Assembly: GCF_964355755.1 (NCBI RefSeq)
Contig: NC_092677.1
Coordinates: 22,679,175 to 22,743,174 of the forward strand
DNA length: 64,000 nt
From: Antedon mediterranea
Taxonomy: Eukaryota > Animalia > Echinodermata
Direction of reading: 5' to 3'
Of the stretch, positions 15,001 through 25,400 are shown piece after piece. Under the pieces are notes generated by a model. It saw only the letters and a list, made by a program, of their open reading frames with translations. It made no database searches and was not told the DNA's origin. A program made the translations under genes and the position numbers. The first letter of the stretch is position 1, and every line of letters starts with the position of its first letter.

Positions 15001-18000
15001 CACGAACACAATTTTCAAAATAATAATTTGCATATAAAATAACGTTTTTTTTTTAAATTTATTTTATATCGATCAACATTTGCAATATCCATAAAATTAA
15101 AGGGACTGGCTATACTTACAGCGACGGTACGTATAACAACTTGCAACCAATTATAGAGCATAAATTTTAGATGTCACATGTTAATCCATGTGATTTAGGA
15201 TTAGCTTTTTTCTGTTCTTTTATTTATGGAAAAGGTTTTTTTTGCAAGACAGCTATATGGCGTGGTGGGTTTGTGATGAGGCAGTGGCCTAGAGTTTGTT
15301 ATACTAGAGTACGTACTCGTCCAAAATTAAAATGGTAGTTCAACCACCTTTAAAAAGAAATACACAAAACAATGTATTTTAACAACCATTGGTTTTGACA
15401 CGAGACGTACCGGCCCACTTCTCAGTTCAGCATGGCCGAATTGTCCTGGATTCCTAGCTAGCTAGGCTACAGCTACAGTAGTCTGGGCTCCAGACGGAGT
15501 TTTGTCTTAATATTAGTAAAAATATAAATATTTTTGCACATATGGCATTTCATACGTGTATTACTTGAGTTTGGATACTCCGTCTGGGGAAACACGCACA
15601 AGTCACATGGTTTGACACCAAGAATTCTTGGTGCATACGATTATCCAGTTGACTAGTTTCAGCCGCATGCCATTGGCTACTCACTCATACGCAGTTTTAA
15701 TATTCATATTTCAGAATTTCAAAGACTCAACATCTAAGATGATGTGCAGCGCTATGTTACGTTTAGACAATGTGTACTTGGGTACATTGATGAAACTTTC
15801 TGAAGGCTAGAAATGATTTTATATGCCTAGTAAATGCTAAACATTTGATGGGATTTTTCCCAAGAACATTAAAACTCGTCTTGATATGATAGGCTAGCTT
15901 CTCCGCAAATCAAACATTGAATGGATCATTTATTATGCAAAGAGAATTTGATTTAATTCCCACCCAGACCCTGTCCTGTTCTGTGTGGTGGTGTAGCCCT
16001 AGGCTGTTGTGTGCCGGTGGTGGTATGTACCTTATTGGCGTTTTATTTGGCAGGTCATATGTATGAGTTGAGTAGGCCTACGAAGGAGGCCTAGGCCAGG
16101 ACTAAACAATTAATAAAAAACTAAACAACTTGGCAACAAGATTTTATATTTGTTGTTCAGTCTCGATCGTACATTGAGCACTGTACGTACTCGATCTTTT
16201 TCATTTTGAAACAAAATGATCATTGGTTGATTTGAAATCCATATTTACATACCGCCTGCCCCAAATAGCCAAATACGGTATGATAACCTACGTCATTCTT
16301 ATCGGATGTTTGCGGTCTGCAAATCGATTTCTTTACGTGTTTCACAAGTCTGTATTTTCAGACAAAAATCGCGGTCCAAATAAAAACAAATAAATAAAAA
16401 AAAAGACCTTAAAAACAGACTTGGGGCAAGTCTAGGCTACAGCAGGCCTAGGGGATTACGGTCGAAGCGGCCGCCAACCAAAGCGGCCGCTAGTTCAATA
16501 ACGGTAATTTGTATGAAACGCCGTGTGCACTTTAATTGTCGTTGTTTTGTAATTTTTGATTGTCATTGTTTCGACAGGTTTTCTTTTCCTCGGACGTAAA
16601 TAACAATCTACATTATTAATATTATGTAATTTATTCTCTTTTTTTACAGATTGAATGTGATACGTTCTTTTAAACGAAATGGCGAATCGATGATTACTTA
16701 CTCTGTTCTAAATGATATATATGTTTAATAAAGTCAATAAAATACATTGTGGTGTTTGTATTGTATATTATATAATATTATTATATATATTTATATAATA
16801 TATAATAAGCCAATTATTAAGAATAATATACGGTATATATTTTTTCCATAAAGTATATCAAAATATATATATTTGTTATTGTATATTAATATATTAGTAA
16901 CTACTGTAAGTAGTACGTGTTCGCAAACATAATTTAATTACAATAACATGATGACATCAATTTATTTATTTAATATCCTAAATTATTTTTTTTTTACCTT
17001 CAGATATATAAATATTGATCAATTTAAAATGAGTTTTAAATACTAAAATAAGATGCAAGTGTCTGTACGGTAGGGTAATTAATTACGCGAAATTCTGCTA
17101 ATAACTCGACTGGCGGCCGGTCAGGAATAGTGCTGTAGAAGGTCGCGTTTTCGTCTCCACGTTGCTTTATTGAAAACATAAACAATGTATTACAATGGAA
17201 TAACACTTAAATGTATAACACACCCTATTACTAATAATAAAAACCAAGATTCGATAGTATGTAAATGAGATATAAAGATTCGGCAATATCGTACGTAAAT
17301 TATTAATGCACTACTCTATGAAGATACGATAGTATATAAATGAGATATAAAGATTCGGCAATACCGTACGTAAATTATTATTGCAATACTGTATAAAGAT
17401 TCGATGTAAATGAGATATAAAGATTCGGCAATACCGTACGTAAATTATTAATGCAATACTGTATAAAGATTCGATAGTATGTAAATGAGATAGGCCTATA
17501 TAAAGATTCGGCAATATCGTACGTAAATTATTAATAAACTACTGTATGAAGATTCGATAGTATATAAATGAGATATAAAGATTCGGCAATACCGTACGTA
17601 AATTATTAATCCAATACTGTAAGATTCGGCAATACCGTACGTAACTTATTATTGCAATACTCTATAAAGATTCGATGTAAATGAGATATAAAGATTCGGC
17701 AATAACGTACGTAAATTATTAATGCCATACTGAGCTGTATAAAGATTCGATAGTATGTAAATGAGATATAAATATTCGGCAATACCGTAGGTACAGTAAA
17801 TTATTAATGCAATACTGTATGAAGATTCGATAGGAGAGTGCTCAAGAAACGTCGGGTCAGTTCAACGTTATTTTTTCCCTTGAACACTGCCAATGTATTT
17901 AAAAAAAAGAGATATAAATAAACAAATAAATAGTACGTAAATGAGACATAAATTGGGACTGGACCGTTTTAGAGGTGTTTACCACCTGTTGGTCCAGATC

Positions 18001-18860
18001 CTTCACTAACTGAGTTAGTGAGAAGTCGAATAAATAAAAAAATAAATAAATAAAATAGTATGTAGATTATGATGCAAACGTAAATTATTAATGATTCGAT
18101 AGTATGTAAATATATATATATATACATTTAGTCAGTTAATATTAAAATACAAATAAAATATACACTGATTTATCGGCAGGCAAACTTAATTATTATAGAA
18201 ATATAAAGATTCGATGATTTGGAATGATGATATTATTATTATTATTATTAATATTATTATGATGTTATTATGATTTGGCTTATATTTATTGGTTTGACCA
18301 TACATCATACAGCTGTTTGATTGTCGTTGACAACGACAATCAAATATTAAAGCGCACATGACGTTCCATAAACTGGCGGCCGCTTTGGTTGGCGGCCGCT
18401 TCGACCATACTCCGGCCTTGGTAGGCTAGTAGTAGGCCTACTAGGCCTAGGCTAGTAGTAGTAAGTAGCGGTAGGCCTAGCCTAGATATTAAACTAACAT
18501 GCCTACATTACTACCAATGTAATTACATAAATATTCGTCGCTGCTTACGATACGATACTTGCTGGTCTACCGGGTATGATCATCCGACAGCCCGGCCCCA
18601 ACAACACTATATCGCGCGCCGCGTCGTCCTGTCTCATCAGTCAGAAGCTCTATTTCTACTCTATTTTACCAGGCTACATTTTAAAATGACGAAATATTGC
18701 AAATAAAAAAATATTATACCGCTTTCAATCGTGACAGAAGTTGGCTTTTAGTTCCATTGTTTGGTAACTTTCGTTTTTTTAGCTCTTGTTTTAAGTCTAA
18801 AACTCTTAATGTGGAGATTGGTTTTCCATTAACGAGCACTTCTTCCCCATTGTCAGCCAT
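1..18860 (-). CDS. ACIN1: Apoptotic chromatin condensation inducer in the nucleus (Acinus)-like, 5' part; gene continues past the left edge
   Basis: Phase-consistent exons (minus): 18860-18720, 14162-14103, 13627-13531, 13413-12371, 12256-12159, 6383-6098, 3369-3300, 2408-2272, 476-~33 (or open to the edge). Exon 1 encodes a SAP domain (ISTLRVLDLKQELKKRKLPNNGTKSQLLSRLK). Exon 3 NSFIQQYLKQQQELLAQR and exons 8/9 RKRRWGS...ISTDMLKEIMPEI match Acinus motifs as recalled. Long E/K/S-rich linker between them. The RRM is not in this window. Confidence 0.88.
1063..2136. mobile_element. Non-autonomous DNA transposon (PIF/Harbinger-like MITE)
   Basis: About 40-bp TIR GGCCCTGTTCAGACCCATGGCGTTAGACCGTTTTAGCGTAC and its reverse complement, with TTA on both flanks (1060-1062, 2137-2139). 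Confidence 0.85.
7299..8646. mobile_element. Kolobok-like non-autonomous element (TTAA TSD) carrying a nested MITE
   Basis: TTAA|AGTCCCATTCCCTAC ... GTAGGGAATGGGACT|TTAA. A related copy without the nested insert lies at 44422-44791. Confidence 0.75.
7480..8404. mobile_element. Harbinger-like MITE nested in the Kolobok-like element
   Basis: TIR CGCCCGTATTCTTAAACCGGACTTTAGTCGTAGTT and its reverse complement, with TAA on both sides. Confidence 0.85.
8931..10518 (-). mobile_element. Helentron/HINE-like non-autonomous rolling-circle element
   Basis: On the minus strand: 5' palindrome AGTTATCCGC-TTAGTA-GCGGATAACT, 3' subterminal repeat GCGGATAACT, stem-loop AACTCGTC-AAAGT-GACGAGTT, terminal CTAGTT in a T-rich site, and no TSD. 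Confidence 0.7.
15490..15586. repeat. Short dispersed repeat / mini-MITE; inverted copy at about 62120-62210
   Basis: Inverted termini CCAGACGGAGT...ACTCCGTCTGG. The body matches the reverse complement of about 62120-62210. Confidence 0.6.
16453..18413. mobile_element. Non-autonomous DNA transposon with GG..CC termini, 8-bp TSD and an internal tandem array
   Basis: TIR GGATTACGGTCGAAGCGGCCGCCAACCAAAGCGGCCGC versus the reverse complement at the right end. Flanks are GGCCTAGG and GGCCTTGG. Confidence 0.8.
17246..17832. repeat. Minisatellite, unit about 75 bp, about 8 degenerate copies
   Basis: Repeated AAGATTCGATAGTATGTAAATGAGATATAAAGATTCGGCAATACCGTACGTAAATTATTAATGCAATACTGTAT. Confidence 0.9.
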
Positions 18861-19440
18861 GTTGTTTCCCTTTTTCCGAATTAATCCGATCTCCCAATTC
18901 GATTTTCATAAGCTTTCGGGTTCAGAGCATACCATTCGATATAGGAGCATAATGACATATTATACCTTAATTAATGTACACATATGAACTGTGTATTTCA
19001 CATTTTGTCTTTAAATTTAATAAATAAAATAAAAAATTGTCATATAAATGTTAATTAATTAACCGAATCAATTTAGTAAGTTGTTGGAAAAAGACTGATA
19101 AATAATATGAAGCCCATGCCCCACCTAGCTAGTGGATTGTTCTAATAATGGGCGCATGACCGGCCGCCGCCACAAAAAAGTCAACAACACGCAACACGGT
19201 ATGCTAGCTAGCCTCTCTGTCTGCTGGACCTCTAGCAGCAATACCCAATATTAGGATATAGCGGATAGCATACATTTACGGATATACTAGCCTAGGCCTA
19301 GCTCGGGGCCTACTACTAGCTAGCCGCCTACTACTATAGGGAGGAATCCGTCTGTTTGTCTATTTAAATACACGAAAATCTGTCACTTTCGCGAATTTTA
19401 TATTTAATGACGAAAGGCACGGACAGAAAAAAAGAAAAGT
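18861..19440. promoter_or_regulatory. Probable bidirectional promoter between ACIN1-like and VPS9D1-like genes
   Basis: Divergent gene arrangement and local CpG enrichment. A plus-strand donor AAAA|GTGAGT at ~19439 could end a non-coding first exon of VPS9D1. No transcription start data available. Confidence 0.5.
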
Positions 19441-19699
19441 GAGTCCTAAATAAAACTCTAGCCTACTAGGCCTAGTACTAGGCTAGGCCTAGCCTATATA
19501 GGCCTAGGCCCCTAGGCTATAAAAAGGGCCTAAAAAGGCTAGGCTAGTAGAGAGGCCTCTATCTAGGCCTCTAGCTAGGCTAGGCCTAGACTACTACTAG
19601 CCTAGGCCTCCTATAGGGCTTAGCTAGGCTAGGCCCGGCCCTACTACTACTAACTAGTTACTATTAGGCCTAGGCTAGGCCTGAGGTAGTAGGCCTACC

Positions 19700-20384
19700 G
19701 GGGAACAGACGATCAGGACCACGGACGATCTGACCCAAGACGATCGGGCCCACATTGTGACATTTTGCGGTTCCGAATGTGTGTTGGGCCCAATCGTCTT
19801 ACCATTAATGGTCCAGATCGCGATCGTCCAGTATTTTCAGAACCACGTTGGGTCCGATCGTCTTAGCGTTGGGCCCGAAAGTCTTTTGTGTTATAAATAA
19901 TGTGCCACATTTCATTCCTAGCCTAGTGCTTATATTATTATGATTTTATCATAATTTTTCCCTAATTAACAGGCCTACTGGTTTTAAGAATTTCTTACCA
20001 AATACTCTCGATTTATGAATAAATGTGATTAATTTTGATTGTTATTGTTGTGTTGTATCCCTTATTTAATTTTTGCTTTATACAGTGTGATATACTGTAA
20101 CTTGACTAATTCCCTCTCGTCACAAAATTAATAGCACATCAGTGCGTGAAACCTGATTCGGTAATACAAATTTTCATATTTTTCTGACTTTAAATCGAAT
20201 ATTAATTATTTTTTTAAATTTTCCAAGAATTGTTTGGGCCTGATCGTCTTATTCATTGGGCCCGATCGTCTGGGCCTGATCGTCTCTGGTCCCGATCGTC
20301 TTTCACCCTTGATGGGCCCGATCGTCTTGAAGTGGGCCCGATTGTATGGCCCTGATCGTCCGTGGTCCCGATCATCTGATAACC
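19700..20384. mobile_element. Foldback-like element with GACGATCGGGCCC modules and an 8-bp TSD
   Basis: Termini GGGGAACAGACGATCAGGACCACGGACGATC and GATCGTCCGTGGTCCCGATCATCTGATAACC. GGCCTACC lies on both flanks. Confidence 0.8.
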
Positions 20385-20577
20385 GGCCTACCCTTCTACT
20401 ACTAGGGCCTAGAGCCTGTAGGCCCCTAGCCAAATTCATAAAACGCTAAAAAGGGACAAAATATGTACTGCCATTTATTGAATATGTATGACATGCCATG
20501 TGTGTTAACATGTTTATATTTTTACTATATTAAGCAGAATCTAAACTAATAATACAGTTTTTGATCTATTTTTATAT

Positions 20578-21138
20578 AATTGACAGACGATTGGGGCCAA
20601 AGACGATCTGGGCCAGGCGATCGGGCTTTTTTAAGACGATTGGGTACAAATGCATGTGGACGTTCGGGCCCAACTTTGTGGATGTTCGGGCTCAACGCCT
20701 AAGACGATCGGCCCATTATAAAAATAAAGGAAAGACGATCGGGTACACAAAAACGAATGGATTTATAATTGACCATAAAATAAATGAAGGGTGTTCTTTC
20801 CACGAGTTTGTGATACAAATGTAATAACCTACTGTATGCACATGAGTGGTCATTTCGATACTCATTTATAATTTGCCGAGAACTCAATTATAAACTATAA
20901 TGGAGCGGATTTTCAAACGATACACTTGGCTATCGGGGCCAATGTTAAGACTATTGGGCCCAATGTTAAGACTATCGGGCCCAACTTTGTGGACGTTCAG
21001 GCCCAAAGCCTACATGTAAGACGATCGGCCCAAACGTATAAGATGATAGGGCACATAAAAAAATGGGCCCGATCATCTCTATGATGACCCTGATTGTCAG
21101 TGGCCCCGATCGCCTTTGGCCCTGATCGTCTGTTCACC
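20578..21138. mobile_element. Second, related foldback-like element
   Basis: Inverted ends ACAGACGATTGGGGCCAAAGACGATC and GATCGCCTTTGGCCCTGATCGTCTGTTCACC. TTTTATAT lies on both flanks. Confidence 0.72.
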
Positions 21139-21743
21139 TTTTATATTATATTGCGTGCTACAGTATTCAATAATTATATTATTTAGCACCATTGGAAGGT
21201 TATTAACTGAGAAATAAAATGGTCTTTTAAATCATCATGTTCTTTAGTATTCGCTCAGCTATGGCAGTTTAATCATATACTAAAGGTGAAAACTTTGTTG
21301 TCGACATCCCTACATAGGCTATAGCATGTGTAAAGCATACCTGCCCGTCAACCCTACCGAATCATGCAGTTGGCTACAGATTTTTTACTTTTAGTCTCCT
21401 GTTTCTACCGCTTTCTTCAAAAAGTAACATGTTTTCATACCGGTTTTCAAACTAAAATTGAAAATACTACTGCATATAATAAAATATCTGAATTAACACG
21501 ATTCATGCAATTATTGTCGTCACTTTTTTATAATGAATAGCACACTGTTTATAATTGTTTAATTAAGCAGGAGTTGAGTGGGGATAGATAGAGACGCATA
21601 TATGTATGCATTGTATACTGTGGAAGTGTTGTTATGTTGTGCGGGTACAGTAGAGTCTTGTTTTAAAATATATTGTAATAAATTTAAAGGTTTGCGGTTC
21701 CTCAAACTAACAAACATTTTTCACAAAATTATTGTTGTATTAA

Positions 21744-22337
21744 AGGCCAGGTGCGGGCAAAAAATTTCTATTGATCATACATTCCATTAATTATCGATCT
21801 ATAGTTTCCCCTATGTTTCATAATTTTTGGAATTTTATTTGTGTTACACGAGCTTGTTAAAAATAAGCACTTTCTTATCAGTGGGGGGATAGTTCAAATT
21901 ACACAGTAAAATCTCTATTCTTTTGTACACAAATTTTGTAAATAGAGAGGCATTTTAAAAAGCTACGAAAAATAAACAGTGTGGTAAAAAAAATTTTCAG
22001 ATGACTAAGTATAGGTAATATAACTTGAATATTACATTTCTGGAATTTTTATTCAACTTCAAATTTTTATTTTCATGTTATAGCAAAAATTATCCACCGT
22101 ATATCCACCATCTTTTTTCACCTTCTAGGGAATCACAAGACATGTTATTACATTATGTTAACTACCTAACTACTGAAAAAAGGTCTTCCTGGTTTTTATG
22201 GAAGAATTTTGCAAAATTTTGTATTTGGCCATATTAAGGGAAATTCATGTTTTTTCGTCTTGATTTCTGTTACAAATATTTGATTTATGTACAATTAACC
22301 AAATATTATATTTAAAATTCATGCCTGTACCTGAGCT
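21744..22337. mobile_element. Kolobok-like non-autonomous element
   Basis: Imperfect TIRs: TTAA|AGGCCAGGTGCGGGCA ... TGCCTGTACCTGAGCT|TTAA. Confidence 0.55.
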
Positions 22338-22496
22338 TTAAAAGGTCCCAAAATCTCTGTTAAAATGTCAGTTACCAGCCAATAGTTGCTTGCTTCTCTC
22401 GCCAAGTGTCCGTCATCCATACTGACCTGCTGATTTTATATTCTTAAATATTTTCAGTATGTTTAGCTAGCTATGTTTATATTTTTCAGCTTTAGT

Positions 22497-25400
22497 ATGG
22501 AGTCAAGAAAAGGCTGTCCACCAAGACGTGTTGACAGCTTTATACAGCAAGCTAAAAAGGGAGTCAGGGAAGCCCAGAAATTAGACTCGCAAGGTAAACA
22601 GAAGGTAAGTACTGAAAAGATAACAGGACACTGAGCTCGACTTGCCAAGGTAGGCTATTGTACAGACTTTGATCTGCTGTTAGGCTTTAAAGAATTTATG
22701 CAAACACCATTTACACCATACATTGTATTGTGTTTATTGCTATTTAATTGTATAGTACTTTGTCTGATTTTTCAGACATGAAGTTTTAAGGTACATTGAA
22801 TCATTCCATTTCAGAGTGGGTGTCACAGACTTGTCTGTTATCAAGTGTTTAAAGAGCATAGAACAATGAGTTAAAGAATGAAAGGATGAAAACTAGAATA
22901 TGAAATATTTAACTGAAAATATTATTTTTTTTAAAGAATGCTTATCTTCAATACCTGAGATGTGTTCAATTCATAGCTGACTCTCTTCTCAAGGATGCCG
23001 ATAACACTGGTAAGGAAACCACACACCATGATGAGAGAAATAAAAATGTTTGGAAAAAAGAAATAACGAAAAAAATAATAATGTTTAAAAAAAATTAAAG
23101 TGTACATATAATATGTTGGTTATGATAATTGATCTGAGAAAAATGGATGCAAACAATTTATGATTTTGCAACCTTTAACCTCTTCTCAAAACTGCATGCG
23201 ATTGGCAAGTTGAATAATTTGCCTGAGGAAAACAAAATTACTAAGTTTGTTCCTTTTATCTATAGTTAGTAAATTATGCCTTTAGATAAGGAAGATAATA
23301 TAGTGTATCATACTACTACTAGTAAGGTGGACACACTTGTTAATTTAGCAGAGTTAGGCCACAATAGAGAAAATGGATGCAAAAAAAATTGTTGATTTTT
23401 ATGTTTGTAATGTCAATTTTAATATTGGACAAAACAAAAAGACAAATAAAACTACAATTATGATAGTTGTGTTTATACAGTGCAATACATCATCTTGGTC
23501 TATTTCAATACTTTATGTTTTTTTAATAGGTGGCCGTGACTTAAGCACAAGTAATACTCGTAAAATGACAAAGTTGTGTCAACTGTGTGTAGACAGAGCA
23601 GCGGATCTTCTAACTGAAATAGGTATTCATACTGGGATCTTGCTTCAAACACTTTGTCAAATAGTAATAGGTATTCATACTGGGATCTTGCTTCAAACAC
23701 TTTGTCAAATAGTAACAGTATACAGTAACTCCAATACAAATAAAGCTCCCATCCAATATAAATAAAGGCTGTAGCAATTTGGCTATCACATACGCACACC
23801 TTACCTAATCACACACCACATAGAGGTATATGCACAACATTTACAACTGAAATCTCCATAATTTTATCAAAATTATGTCTCAGTAAATTTAATAAGAATA
23901 TTTGTAGGCTTAAAAGATAGTATGCTTATAAAAAAATTAAGTATGATGGTAAATTAGTACTGTATGTTTCTAAATATAAAGTGATAACTCCATACTTTTG
24001 AATTATAGATGATAGTGAAGAAATCACCATAGATTTTAAACGGCCAATCAGTGAAGCATCTATACCACGTCAAGACCCTGCAAGTACAGTTCAAGAGCCA
24101 GTATCTCTATCTAGCGATCTACCACAAACTAACATAGCAATGTTTCCTAATGTACCTAGTAGCACTGGTCATCTGCAGTCAATGCCTAATATTGGTACCA
24201 CAGTACCACAAACCCCTAGCAGAATGCCACCCTCATTCCACCGACACCAGTTACCCAGTGCCAGGTTGGTGTCTGAAGATTCTATGAAATTTCTTTTTTT
24301 ATTACATTTATCTTTTGGTAGATGGACTACATTTATTATGTTATTTTAGTTATTTAAAAAAAAGTGGATATACACATGTTTACTTTAAAAAAGATGTATT
24401 GTTGTGTGATTTCAAAATATTTAAATCTCCAAACCATATAAAATGTGAAGCAAAGCTACCAGATTTTTCTGTCTTGTTTCAGTTTTATACAATCTTACTA
24501 TTGATTTGAATAATCAATGTTTACTGAAATATGAATTATTTTATTTTGCAGACGAAATGAACCATCTCCAACAGAGATTGCGTACCGCAAGAACCAACAA
24601 TTGCTTGCTGGTTTTAAAGCAAGAATATCAAGAACAAAGAATGAAAAACACAGATCAATGCTGGTATGTTACAGATCAACAACAAACTCTACATTCAGAT
24701 ACAAACATTTAAAATTTAAAAACAAAAGATCTAAATTTGATTAGACATTTCTAAAGTTAGAATTGTAGAAATACCAATGAAGATGTCAACTTATTTATGT
24801 TATTGGTAGCAAGTAAAAGTCTGATGATTTTGGTGAATGGATGAATTTGGTTATATTTGCATTTCAGAGTTTAAAACTTCAACGTCAACTCCTTGAGAAT
24901 ATGTCACTGGCAAGAGCTCAAGAGGCAGCTGTATCCTTTACATTTTCAATCTATCTATAAATGTCAACCAATCTTTTTGTTTAAAACGTATTTCTATTGT
25001 ATTCTATAAAATTACTGAAAAAATGACAATGCTGTTGGTATTAGTGGCAGGATTTCAATGGATATACAAATAAGTAAAAAGCTAAATCAAAACTATCAAG
25101 TAAATCAGCCATAACAATTTGCTGAGCTTTCGGGCAACACCAGCCCTTCTTCAGTGCAGAAAATGAGTGTACAAAAATAAAAGAAATAAAAATATAGGCA
25201 GCACATGACTGGTGAATGGAGGGTTGAGACAGTAAGAGTAGAAAATAATGAAGATAGCTTGGTAGATATAAACAATTTAGAAATGGAGAACTAAATAACA
25301 ACTGAAATGTTAGTTAATATTAAAACCTAAATTTAGGATGTCAATGGAATAATTTTGCCGGGAGCATTTCATAATAAAGTCCAAAAGGTTTTGTGGTTTT

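Noticed and set aside
20206-20887. Short ORFs near the promoter
   Set aside because: They fall within repetitive foldback element arms.
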